39,893 nucleotides of DNA from Bacteroidota bacterium (GTDB taxonomy: Bacteria > Bacteroidota > Bacteroidia > Bacteroidales > VadinHA17), in contig JBAWXY010000003.1 of the NCBI GenBank assembly GCA_037143835.1, positions 1-39,893 of the forward strand, in the 5' to 3' direction. Positions 19,064-28,552 of the stretch are shown one piece after another. The stretch's first letter is position 1. Each line of letters starts with the position of its first letter. A program made the position numbers and the translations under genes. A model generated the notes under the pieces. That model searched no databases and was not told the origin of the DNA. It saw only the letters and a list, made by a program, of their open reading frames with translations.

Positions 19064-20332
19064 ATGGTTCAAAAACTTGAAACCAATTTCCGGTGGGTTA
19101 TCTTAAGCTTGCTGTTTATTGCAACTACTATTCTGTACATTGACAGATCAGCTCTTGGCATTCTGGCTCCGCATCTGCAAAAGGAAATAGGCTGGAACGA
19201 GGAACAATACGGGATGATAAATAGCGCCTTTATGGTGGCTTATGCTATCTGTTTTCTGGCAATGGGAACAATAATCGACAGGATTGGTACCCGCAAAGGG
19301 TACCTAGTTTCCATTGGGATCTGGAGTGTTGCAGCAGTTGCGCATACTTTTGCAAGAACCTGGGTGGGTTTTGCTATTGCTCGTTTTAACCTTGCAATCG
19401 GTCAGTCGGGGAATTTTCCTGCTGCAATTAAAGTAGTAGCAGAATGGTTCCCCAAAAAAGAGCGGGCACTGGCAATTGGTATTTTTAACGGGGGATCCAA
19501 TATGGGGACTCTCCTCTCACCACTCATAATTCCGGCATTGGTGCTCTCATTCGATAGCTGGAAAGCAGGTTTTCTTTGGACTTTCCCAATCAGCCTGTTA
19601 TGGATGTTCATCTGGTTCAGGTATTACAGGCTGCCTCGATTACATTCAAAAGTATCAAAATCTGAATTGGAATATATTAACAGTGATCCTGAGGAAGAGA
19701 GCAGTGTTGAAAAAGTGAAATGGAAACATATTTTACCTCATCGGGAGACCTGGGCTATTGCTATCGGGAAATTTATGGCTGATCCTATCTGGTGGTTCTA
19801 CCTTTTCTGGGGTGCCAAGTTCCTCAACGAAAAATATGCAGTTAATCTGAAAGATATAGGGTTACCATTTTTCACTATTTATTTGGTTTCATGGGCGATA
19901 GGAATATTCCTGGGTTGGCTTTCGTCTAAATTCCTGAAAATAGGTCTGGGTATCAATAAGGGAAGGAAACTGGGTTTATTAGCCTGTGGTTTATTTGCCA
20001 TTCCTGTTATGCTTGTTCCTTACACCGAAAATTTATGGATCGCGGTTGGTTTGATTGCGTTAGCAGCAGGTGGACATTGCGGCTGGTCAGCAAATATTTT
20101 TAGCCTGATGTCGGATATCTTCCCAAAAAAAGCAACTGCAACTGTTGCCGGATTTGGTGGTTTTTCAGGAGCAGTAGGTGGAGCAATTGTTTCATTTGGG
20201 GTAGGCAAGATCCTTCAGAATAGCGGAGTTGATGGCTATACCGTTCCATTTGCTATCGCTGGATCCGGTTACCTGTTGGCTCTGCTTATAATCCATTTGC
20301 TGGTCCCTAAAATTAAAACAATCAATATTTAA
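19064..20332 (+). CDS. MFS transporter, ACS family (ExuT hexuronate transporter-like)
   Basis: RWVILSLLFIATTILYIDR, IDRIGTRKG, NFPAAIKVVAEWFPKKERALAIGIFN and DPIWWFYLFW; about 12 TM segments. Confidence 0.92.
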   Translation: MVQKLETNFRWVILSLLFIATTILYIDRSALGILAPHLQKEIGWNEEQYGMINSAFMVAYAICFLAMGTIIDRIGTRKGYLVSIGIWSVAAVAHTFARTWVGFAIARFNLAIGQSGNFPAAIKVVAEWFPKKERALAIGIFNGGSNMGTLLSPLIIPALVLSFDSWKAGFLWTFPISLLWMFIWFRYYRLPRLHSKVSKSELEYINSDPEEESSVEKVKWKHILPHRETWAIAIGKFMADPIWWFYLFWGAKFLNEKYAVNLKDIGLPFFTIYLVSWAIGIFLGWLSSKFLKIGLGINKGRKLGLLACGLFAIPVMLVPYTENLWIAVGLIALAAGGHCGWSANIFSLMSDIFPKKATATVAGFGGFSGAVGGAIVSFGVGKILQNSGVDGYTVPFAIAGSGYLLALLIIHLLVPKIKTINI

Positions 20333-20341
20333 GTATTCAGC

Positions 20342-21493
20342 ATGAATAGCAGGGAAAGAATATTAGCTGCCTTAAACCATCAGGAGCCCGATCATGTGCC
20401 ATTCGATCTGGCCGGAACCACATGGACTGGAATTACTGATGGTGCTTATCAGAAACTACGGACTTTCTTAGGCAAAAATCCGGAAGAACCAAACTGGTCA
20501 GATGTGGTACAGCAAATAGTAGTCCCATCCGAAGATATCCTTAAAGAACTTGATGTTGACACACGCGGGTTATTCCCATTGACTAGCCATAACTGGGATG
20601 TTTATGAAAAACTTACTGATAAAGGTGATATTTGGGAATACTTTGATGAATGGGGTTTTACACATCACTTTCCAAAATCTAACGGATTTTGGTTTTCGCT
20701 GATGAAACACCCGATGGAAAATATTCTTCCCGATGTGAAGGAAATTAATGGATATAACTGGCCAACAGCATCGGACAAAGAGAGGATAAGAGGTTTACGT
20801 GAGAAAGCGTTCCGGTTTAAAGAACAGGGCAAAATTGTAATGCTTAAAGGATTGTGTGCCGGTGTGTTTGAGATGCAACAAAGATTCCGTGGTATGACCA
20901 ATGCTTTGGTCGATCCATACCTCTACCCGGAATTCTCTGATAGCCTGATTGGTAAGCTAGCTGATCTGAAAATCGAATTCTGGAAAATGGCCCTGTCCGA
21001 CCTGGCAGATGTCGTGGATGTTGTCGCCGAAGCGGATGATTATGGCACACAGGAATCTCAATTAATTGACCCTGAACATTTCAGACAATTCTATAAACCA
21101 CACATTTCAAGGATTATCAAAGCAATGAAACAATATGCTCCTGATGCAAAGATCATGTTTCACTCTTGCGGGAATGTTCGTCCGATAATACCTGACTTTA
21201 TTGAGATTGGCATTGATATCCTTAATCCGGTACACATCAATGCAACAGGGATGGAACCTCATCAGCTGAAAAAAGACTTTGGAAAAGATGTTGTATTCTG
21301 GGGCGGCGGTGTTGATACCCAGAAAATCCTGCCAACTGGAACAGTTGAGGAAGTTGCCGATGATGTCAAAAAAAACATTGATGCACTTGCACCAGGTGGT
21401 GGATTTGTCTTTGCTGCAGTTCACAATATCCAATCGGAGGTACCGCCACAAAATATTATTGCTATGTGTGAATCAATAAAAAAATTTGGATAA
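20342..21493 (+). CDS. URO-D/MtaA/CmuA-fold protein of unknown function (not HemE)
   Basis: MNSRERILAALNHQEPDHVP, DDYGTQ, FHSCG, LKKDFG, FWGGGVDTQ and GGGFVFAAVHNIQ; lacks the HemE WxMRQAGRY motif. Confidence 0.88.
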   Translation: MNSRERILAALNHQEPDHVPFDLAGTTWTGITDGAYQKLRTFLGKNPEEPNWSDVVQQIVVPSEDILKELDVDTRGLFPLTSHNWDVYEKLTDKGDIWEYFDEWGFTHHFPKSNGFWFSLMKHPMENILPDVKEINGYNWPTASDKERIRGLREKAFRFKEQGKIVMLKGLCAGVFEMQQRFRGMTNALVDPYLYPEFSDSLIGKLADLKIEFWKMALSDLADVVDVVAEADDYGTQESQLIDPEHFRQFYKPHISRIIKAMKQYAPDAKIMFHSCGNVRPIIPDFIEIGIDILNPVHINATGMEPHQLKKDFGKDVVFWGGGVDTQKILPTGTVEEVADDVKKNIDALAPGGGFVFAAVHNIQSEVPPQNIIAMCESIKKFG

Positions 21494-21516
21494 TCCTTCC
21501 CTTATAGCCCCGGTAT

Positions 21517-21556
21517 AAAAAAACATCAGTGGACAAATATCTGTTGTCCACTGATG
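21517..21556 (-). terminator. Intrinsic terminator between the convergent URO-D-like and susD genes
   Basis: 13-bp perfect IR CATCAGTGGACAA (21524-21536) / TTGTCCACTGATG (21544-21556) with a 7-nt U-tract on the minus strand. Confidence 0.85.
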
Positions 21557-21596
21557 CCAAAAACTTCAATAATGATACTTTAAAGTACTCTTATCT

Positions 21597-21623
21597 TGAC
21601 AAGAAGATCACTTCTTCTTGTCA
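21597..21623. other. Second hairpin just 3' of susD
   Basis: 11-bp perfect IR TGACAAGAAGA / TCTTCTTGTCA with a 5-nt loop; no U-tract. Confidence 0.6.
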
Positions 21624-21629
21624 TCCTGA

Positions 21630-23369
21630 TCATTTATTTTGCGGATAACCAGGATTCTGCTGCATCACAGCATCTATATTCAAATCAATCTGAGTTTGTG
21701 GAATAGGCCAGAGTGCATGATAATCCTGAATATTCAGACCCGGATTTTTTGGGTTGTTATTATATTTCCGTACTCTTTCCACAAGTTTTCCCATGCGGCG
21801 TAAAGTAATATGCCGCCACTCTTCGCCGTAAAGTTCTCTTGCCCGTTCATCCAATATATAATCCAGAGTCACGGCTGCAGGTAAGACAGGAGTTGACTTA
21901 GCCCTGTTTCTGATTAGATTTATATCTGCTGCTGCTAGGTTTTTGTTTCCTAAACCAAGATAGGCTTCAGCACGCAGTAGCACTGTTTCGGCAAAACGTA
22001 TTGCATAACGATCTTTATTATCGTTTCCGCCACCCGATCTCGCCGGGTCAGTAAAATAATGACATGGATCTGCAAACTTCATCCAGTACGGGTAAATATA
22101 CTGGGTGGAATCCCTCATGGCATCCCTTGTACCAGCAGCATATTGCGCAGCATAATCTACTTTGAGATTAATTTTTTTCTTATGATATGTTGATGTAGGG
22201 GAGTCATAATAGAAATTTCTTTTAATATTATACTTGGCATTACGGATATCATTGTTCCAATCACTTCGCCAGATATCATACGCTGCATAATTGGTAGGAT
22301 GTATCCAGGAAACAGGACGTCCCAATGTGTCAGAATACCCTGTATACTTACCATCAACAAGCTGTCCCCTGAATGCTACTTTTCCATCAGGAGTATTTCC
22401 TATCCTGAAATAGGCAGGTCCGAAAGATCTGTTACCTTCAACTGATCCGCCTCCGGTAATAAGCGGCTCTACCTGGATTACCCAGATAGCTTCAGTGTTT
22501 ATTGCCAAGCTTTGATTCCCGTATGCAAAGAGATCATAATATACATCTCCTTTCCCGAATACAACATTTTGTCTGTCGCCGAACCGCTGAGTCATCAAAG
22601 CATATTTGTATCCGGTAATTACTTTTGTAGCTGCATCCACTGCTAATTGGTTTTTACCCTCGGTCAGATATAACTCGCTAAGAATATGCCAGGCTGCTCC
22701 CTGGGTGATCCTGCCGGGAGCCTCTTCCTTACCCGGTTCTGGTAAATTTGTAGTACCAAAAATAAGATCATCTTCCATCTGCTTATAGACTTCTGCTTTT
22801 GGTGTTCTTACAAAATCCGTTTTCGCACTTTTAATTACTCCAGTTACGAGAGGTACGTCACCATAAGTTGAAACCAGAATCCGGTATGCAAAAGCTCTGA
22901 AGAACATAGCTTCACCCAGATATGCATTTTTTTGTGCTTCACTTGACCAGATAGTTACATCTGCATTATTGATACCTTCAATGAGAACATTGGCTCTTTG
23001 AATAAGTTCGTAATTCCATGTCCAGTAATTCCTTAAATATGTATTCTCTGAAGTAACGTAATTCACATAATTACACATAAAACGTGTACTGTTTGGATCT
23101 TCACCATGGTAAGCGACATCACTTCCAAGACCTTTTATTATAGCTCCGGCGTCCTGGTCTGTTCCATAAAACCACCTTTGTCTGACTGAAAAATGCAACC
23201 CTGTCATACCTTGTTTTATTCCTGCCAGGGTGTTATAAGCATTCTCAGGGGCAAGAAAATCAAGAGGAGTTTCTTTAAGTATATCCTCACTGCATGAGGA
23301 AAGTAATAATTGCAGGAAAGCCGCAAGTATCAGGCACTTTTTACTGAATATATATAAGTATTTTTTCAT
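21630..23369 (-). CDS. susD: SusD/RagB family outer-membrane glycan-binding lipoprotein
   Basis: Lipobox LLSSC (start probably MKKYLY at 23369; 23393 possible); GEAMFFRAFAY, YGDVPL, IRFAETVLLRAEA, ILDERARELYGE, WPIP and QNPGY. Confidence 0.95.
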   Translation of the reverse strand: MKKYLYIFSKKCLILAAFLQLLLSSCSEDILKETPLDFLAPENAYNTLAGIKQGMTGLHFSVRQRWFYGTDQDAGAIIKGLGSDVAYHGEDPNSTRFMCNYVNYVTSENTYLRNYWTWNYELIQRANVLIEGINNADVTIWSSEAQKNAYLGEAMFFRAFAYRILVSTYGDVPLVTGVIKSAKTDFVRTPKAEVYKQMEDDLIFGTTNLPEPGKEEAPGRITQGAAWHILSELYLTEGKNQLAVDAATKVITGYKYALMTQRFGDRQNVVFGKGDVYYDLFAYGNQSLAINTEAIWVIQVEPLITGGGSVEGNRSFGPAYFRIGNTPDGKVAFRGQLVDGKYTGYSDTLGRPVSWIHPTNYAAYDIWRSDWNNDIRNAKYNIKRNFYYDSPTSTYHKKKINLKVDYAAQYAAGTRDAMRDSTQYIYPYWMKFADPCHYFTDPARSGGGNDNKDRYAIRFAETVLLRAEAYLGLGNKNLAAADINLIRNRAKSTPVLPAAVTLDYILDERARELYGEEWRHITLRRMGKLVERVRKYNNNPKNPGLNIQDYHALWPIPQTQIDLNIDAVMQQNPGYPQNK

Positions 23370-23425
23370 TGTATTAGAATTTATAGGTTTCATAATTATT
23401 CATCCGTTAATTTTGCAAGATCAAA

Positions 23426-26400
23426 TTAAAATGTTACTCTGAAACCTGCAGTAATATTTCTCATAAGCGGTGTATTAGTATTAGTATTCCCATCAGCTGC
23501 TGTCCAGTTTACGACTTCCGGATCCCAGCCTGACCATTTGGTCCATGTATATGGATTTTTGCTGGCTATGTAAAACTGACATGCCTCAAGTTTTAGTGCT
23601 TTCAGTAAACCCGGACCAAATCTGTATGAAAGAGATACATCCTGTAATCTCACAAAACTTCTGCTTTCATAAATCCCGCTTGTTACAGCAGGTGAATTAT
23701 ATACACCTGTAGCATTGTCAACTCCATTATCGGGTGTCCAGTAAGGACGGACTGCTGAAGCATTTATTCTTAAAACGTTATCTGAGCGAAAATCAACATT
23801 GACAACAGAAGCATTATCCATTAAATAATACTTCTTTCCACCCTGAATAGAGTTAATAAAGAAAGAAAAGGTGAAATTCTCATAAGTCAAGGTATTATTA
23901 ATACTGAACCGGTAACTCGGGGTCCGGTTTCCGATAACTTTCCTGTCCAGGTTAGCTTCAATTACACCATCTCCATTCTGATCAACATATTTATACTGAC
24001 CAGGATACCAGTTGTTCAGAGTACTACCACTGTAAAGTTCCTGTTCTGTCCAGAGCCCTCCTGCCATTTCATAATCATATATGGCGCTGATAGGCTCTCC
24101 TACAAACCATGAGTTTCCCACATCTTTGTCATTTGCATCACCATAAAGTTTGGAAATCTTATCTCTGTTAAGGGAAAATACAAAATTTGTCTGCCAGCCC
24201 AGGCGACCGTCGAGATTTATAGTTTTCAATTCCAGTTCAATACCATTGTTATCGATTGCTCCAATATTTGTCCAGACACTTGCATATCCGGTAGTCGGTG
24301 GCAGAGCCCTACTAACCAGCACATCTGTTGTTTTAGCTTTATATAGATCGACCGAACCAGAAATTCTCCGGTTCATAAAACCAAAGTCCACTCCTAAATT
24401 GTAAGATGCAGTTGTTTCCCATCCCAGGTCAGCATTCCCTAAAGAACTTGGATAAACTGCAATTGCTGTTGTGGAACCGTAAACATAAGCATCGGCAGTC
24501 ATTCTTGAGAAGCTTGAATAGCGTCCGATACCCTGGTTTCCGTTTTCCCCGTAAGAGGTCCTCAATTTTAAATAGAGCCATGTCAAATCTTTGAGGAATG
24601 GTTCTTCTGAAGCCACCCAACCGAGTGAAACAGAGGGGAAAGTTGCAAATTTCTTATTTGCTCCAAATCCTGAGAATCCGTCTCTTCTGAAAGTTCCGGT
24701 AACCATATAGCGGTTTTTATAAGTATAATTGGCACGAGCCATGTAGGAAAGGCTATTCTCTTCCCATGCATTTGAAGATACTGTGACAACAGTGCCAAGG
24801 CCCATATTATTATACCCTAAAACAGGATTTTCAAAACCCGTTGCATTTAATCTCGAGCTGTTTGCTTTCCTGTTTTCACGGCTGTAAAGTAAAGTGGCAT
24901 TGATCTGGTGGTCACCGAAATTTCTCAGGTAAGTTACTATATTGTTAATGATCCAGTTCCGTTCTTCTGAAGGATCTTTTCTTCCCTGTCCCTTGTTACC
25001 GGAGCCATCAGGAACCGTTACCGGCCAGAAGGTGTTGTTATTCCTGTTCGAATAGGTGTTAGAATAGTTAAATTCATAGGTCAATCCTTTCACCCAGGGT
25101 ACGGTAATTTTGCCACTTCCTACGATGAAAAGGTTATTCCTTATATCGCTGTTCGTGACGTACAAATTGTTCAGAGGGAAAGGCATATAAGCTTCACCTG
25201 TAAGGTACATATCATAATTGGGTAAGCCAATTTTATTATTTGCCAGAGGGCTGCAGGCTCTTGCGTCGCCAAGACTTGCATTTAATCCTGAATAATCACG
25301 ATATGAGTATGATGTGATTAAGCCTAATGTAAACCAATCGGTTACTTTACTCTCAATATTACTATGAAGAGTGAGTCTGTTAAATTTATCATTCAGAAGA
25401 ATTCCTTCCTCTCCGGTATATGAACCTGATACAAAGTAACTGCTCCTATCGCTTTTCCCGGATAAGCTAAGATTGTAATTTTGAATCGGAGCCAATTGCA
25501 TAACTTCATCAACCCAGTTAATTTCATTTCCGGCCAGGTAATTATCTCTCTCTTCCTGGGTTCTTAAACGTGCGGCTACAATAGTGGGATTTGTTACATC
25601 CGGCCTGACCGGTTTTCCTGTGGCACTTGTTGGTTTTGTTTTATACCAGGTGTACAGATCCTGCTGATAATAATAGTCGACCAGTCTTACTGCATATTGA
25701 TTGACATTCATCACCTTCATAGGATTATTAGTCATATCCTGATAGCCATAGTACATATTAAATGAGACAACCGGTTTTTCTGATTTCCCTTTTTTTGTAG
25801 TTATAAGCATTACACCATTTGCAGATCTTGATCCGTAAACTGCAGCGGCACTGGCATCTTTAAGGATATCGATCGATTCCACATCGCTGATATTAATATC
25901 TGAAATTGATCCGTTATAGATAATCCCATCAAGAACAATTAACGGCTGGTCAGTGGCCGAAAGAGAAGTTTGTCCCCTTATTGAAAGGCTTGGTTCACTA
26001 CCTGCAAGACCTGATCCCTGAACATTCACACCTGCAGTGGCTCCCGATAAAGCTTGCGAAAGGTTTACATTTGCCAGAGTAGACTTCTCTTCCATAGATA
26101 CTCTTACCACAGAACCAGTTAAATCACTTTTTTTCTGAGTACCATAACCAATTACTATGACCTCGTCGAGGGATTGAGTGGTGGGTGAAATGGCTACATC
26201 AATTGTAGTTTTACCTGAAACAGGTTGCTCCATAGTGATATAACCGATAAAAGAGAAAGCTAATACAGCATTTTGATCAGGTACTGTAATTGAGTATTTT
26301 CCATTTATATCAGTAAGAGTACCAATATTTGTACCCTTAACAACAACATTTACCCCAGGCATAGGTGCAGCTGTTGATGCATCGGTAACTGTTCCTGAAA

Positions 26401-26587
26401 CAGATAATTGTTGAAGTTCAATTCCGGAAGGAACATTTCTTATGCCCTCCTTAGACAGATCAGAGGCAGTTGTGGCAAAAACATTTGAGACACCAATCAC
26501 AACTATCATAATTGTGATTTTAAACCCCAAAAGCAATTTTTTAAGGTACGGAAATGAATGTACCTCTTGATTTGAAGATCTTTTCAT
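23426..26587 (-). CDS. susC: SusC/RagA TonB-dependent transporter
   Basis: CarboxypepD_reg domain, DEVIVIGYGTQKK, ILKDASAAAVYGSRSANGV, LGWETT, C-terminal Phe; directly upstream of susD. Confidence 0.97.
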   Translation of the reverse strand: MKRSSNQEVHSFPYLKKLLLGFKITIMIVVIGVSNVFATTASDLSKEGIRNVPSGIELQQLSVSGTVTDASTAAPMPGVNVVVKGTNIGTLTDINGKYSITVPDQNAVLAFSFIGYITMEQPVSGKTTIDVAISPTTQSLDEVIVIGYGTQKKSDLTGSVVRVSMEEKSTLANVNLSQALSGATAGVNVQGSGLAGSEPSLSIRGQTSLSATDQPLIVLDGIIYNGSISDINISDVESIDILKDASAAAVYGSRSANGVMLITTKKGKSEKPVVSFNMYYGYQDMTNNPMKVMNVNQYAVRLVDYYYQQDLYTWYKTKPTSATGKPVRPDVTNPTIVAARLRTQEERDNYLAGNEINWVDEVMQLAPIQNYNLSLSGKSDRSSYFVSGSYTGEEGILLNDKFNRLTLHSNIESKVTDWFTLGLITSYSYRDYSGLNASLGDARACSPLANNKIGLPNYDMYLTGEAYMPFPLNNLYVTNSDIRNNLFIVGSGKITVPWVKGLTYEFNYSNTYSNRNNNTFWPVTVPDGSGNKGQGRKDPSEERNWIINNIVTYLRNFGDHQINATLLYSRENRKANSSRLNATGFENPVLGYNNMGLGTVVTVSSNAWEENSLSYMARANYTYKNRYMVTGTFRRDGFSGFGANKKFATFPSVSLGWVASEEPFLKDLTWLYLKLRTSYGENGNQGIGRYSSFSRMTADAYVYGSTTAIAVYPSSLGNADLGWETTASYNLGVDFGFMNRRISGSVDLYKAKTTDVLVSRALPPTTGYASVWTNIGAIDNNGIELELKTINLDGRLGWQTNFVFSLNRDKISKLYGDANDKDVGNSWFVGEPISAIYDYEMAGGLWTEQELYSGSTLNNWYPGQYKYVDQNGDGVIEANLDRKVIGNRTPSYRFSINNTLTYENFTFSFFINSIQGGKKYYLMDNASVVNVDFRSDNVLRINASAVRPYWTPDNGVDNATGVYNSPAVTSGIYESRSFVRLQDVSLSYRFGPGLLKALKLEACQFYIASKNPYTWTKWSGWDPEVVNWTAADGNTNTNTPLMRNITAGFRVTF

Positions 26588-26617
26588 TACATCGTGGTTT
26601 TGGTTAATTTACTATTC

Positions 26618-26700
26618 TTAGAAAGGATTATTATAAGTGTAGCTTGTCCGGCAGATACCGAAACATATATTTACCGTCTATGTCAGTAAATTGACCGGTC
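26618..26700 (-). pseudogene. Possible degenerate fragment of a SusC N-terminal (CarboxypepD_reg) domain
   Basis: Minus strand reads TGQFTDIDGKY, then after a frameshift VSVSAGQATLII; compare GTLTDINGKYSITVPDQNAVLAF in the adjacent SusC. Confidence 0.4.
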
Positions 26701-27276
26701 ACAAAATGCAATCGCTTTTCATTAATTTTTTTCATGCATTTAAAATAATTTAAACATTAATACTTTAGCCAGGTTAGTGGTTGAATCGTGTAGGTTAACG
26801 AATTTTGATATTATCCGGCTTTTTTTTGTTTTGATCTGTTTTTCATGGTAAGAAGGTTGGTTAGTTTATAATTTAGTTACATATTATTAGGTATAATTCA
26901 CCGTTTGGAACAACGATGAATGCACTGTTCATTGATCGTATGGAAATGGTTAGCCTTCGGTCTTTATTCATCTTGCAATTTAAGCCATCAAAATGAAAAA
27001 CTCCCTGATAAATAATAAATCACTGTTCCGAGCTGATCAGGGTCAATCAAAAAAGAGGAGAAATGTATCTTTAAAATACCAGGTTAGAAGTATTTTTGAG
27101 GTGTATGTTACATTAATTCCCAAAAGCAATATTAGAAAATAAATTACAAACCAACAACATTGAATACTTTTTTTGTTTCTTTTTTTTGAACCGTGAAGAA
27201 AAAATGTGGTGTATAAATAATAAGGTATAATCACCCAGCTGTCAGATTAGCAGACACTGCACTGTTTTGGGATGAA

Positions 27277-27395
27277 AACCCCTCTACCGCCTCGCGGCAT
27301 CTCCCCTGAGAGGGGAGAAAAAACTCTGGTATTTACCTGAATTACACTAGAATAGTGCGAATCTTTCCCCCTGACAGGGGGAATACAAGGGGGTT
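27277..27395. repeat. Pair of inverted REP-like GC-rich palindromes
   Basis: AACCCCTCT...TCTCCCCT-GAG-AGGGGAGA (27277-27318) and TTCCCCCT-GAC-AGGGGGAA-TAC-AAGGGGGTT (27365-27395); related copy at 32478-32508. Confidence 0.75.
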
Positions 27396-27479
27396 AAACT
27401 CCCGGGATTAAAGTTACTATTTGCACATCTTCCTCCTTTAGTATATATTTATACTCTCAATAATTTAACCTTACTATTT

Positions 27480-28472
27480 ATGAGAAAAACATGCAGTATT
27501 CTGACAATACTTGGTATTCTGACCGTTGTCGTTAACGGACAAAAGGTACCTACCGGTGATCCAAAAGATTTTAAGGTTAAGACCTGTCTGCACTCTGTAA
27601 GCTATATGGGAATATGGCGCGGACAGGCAACACTCACCGTTGATGAGTTTCTTGTTAAAGCCAAAGAGCTTGGTTTTGACGGTGTTATGCTCGCAGCAAA
27701 ACGACCTCATGTTTCCCTGATTGATTATGATGATGCTGCCCGGCAGAAACTTCGTGCAAGACTCAAAGAGCTGGGTCTCGAACTTGTTTGCCTGGCAGGT
27801 TACACCGATTTCACAGCAGGAGTCGATAAAGCCGGTATACCTAATGTCGAAATGCAGGCAATTTATGTTGGTGAACTGGCACGACTGGCACGCGATCTCG
27901 GTACCAATATGGTGAGGATATACACTGGGTATGAACGACCCGACCTTCCATACGACAAACAATATGCTATGGTTGTCGAGGGACTCCAGTTGGCAGGTAA
28001 AATTGCTGCAAAATATGGTATTACCCTTGCAATACAGAACCATCATGATATTGCTATCCACCACGATGCAATGAAATGGCTGCTCGATGAGATAAACCTG
28101 CCAAATGTAAAAGCTGCGTTCGATTGCTGGTCCCCTACTCTTGAAGGACTATCCTCAGAAGAAATAAAAAAGGCCATTTACACAATGAAGCCATATTTAG
28201 TACACACAACCACTGCCGATTATAAAGAACTTCCAAGATTTAAATATGAGCACTTTCAGACAAATTATCTCCGGTTGGAATCACAAATGAGGGCGGTTCC
28301 TATTGGTGAAGGATTTCTCGATTATAAAACTTTTATTAACACACTGAAAGAGATCGGTTACCAGGGTTATATAGCTTACGAGATGTGTGAGGTACTGGAG
28401 GGCGGTGGCTCAATAGAAAACCTTGATAAAAGCGTAAAGACTTTTCTGGAGTACGTGAAGCAGTTCAGATAG
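27480..28472 (+). CDS. Secreted sugar phosphate isomerase/epimerase-family TIM barrel
   Basis: Signal peptide; AKELGFDGV, VRIYTG, LAIQNHHD, AFDCWS, VPIGEGFLDY and GYIAYEMC. Confidence 0.85.
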   Translation: MRKTCSILTILGILTVVVNGQKVPTGDPKDFKVKTCLHSVSYMGIWRGQATLTVDEFLVKAKELGFDGVMLAAKRPHVSLIDYDDAARQKLRARLKELGLELVCLAGYTDFTAGVDKAGIPNVEMQAIYVGELARLARDLGTNMVRIYTGYERPDLPYDKQYAMVVEGLQLAGKIAAKYGITLAIQNHHDIAIHHDAMKWLLDEINLPNVKAAFDCWSPTLEGLSSEEIKKAIYTMKPYLVHTTTADYKELPRFKYEHFQTNYLRLESQMRAVPIGEGFLDYKTFINTLKEIGYQGYIAYEMCEVLEGGGSIENLDKSVKTFLEYVKQFR

Positions 28473-28505
28473 GTACGGGGTGCGGGGTGCAGGGCTCAGA
28501 GTATA
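28471..28505. repeat. Degenerate 7-bp tandem array
   Basis: AGGTACG GGGTGCG GGGTGCA GGGCTCA GAGTATA, beginning within the upstream stop codon. Confidence 0.7.
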
Positions 28506-28552
28506 GGAAACAAAACATATAAATCTAACTTAATAACCTAATAGTAAACCAA

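Noticed and set aside
20342-21493. Calling the gene hemE
   Set aside because: It lacks the HemE signature and has no tetrapyrrole gene context.
27043-27234. 63-aa minus-strand ORF upstream of susC
   Set aside because: Low-complexity AT-rich promoter-region sequence with no motif; probably spurious.
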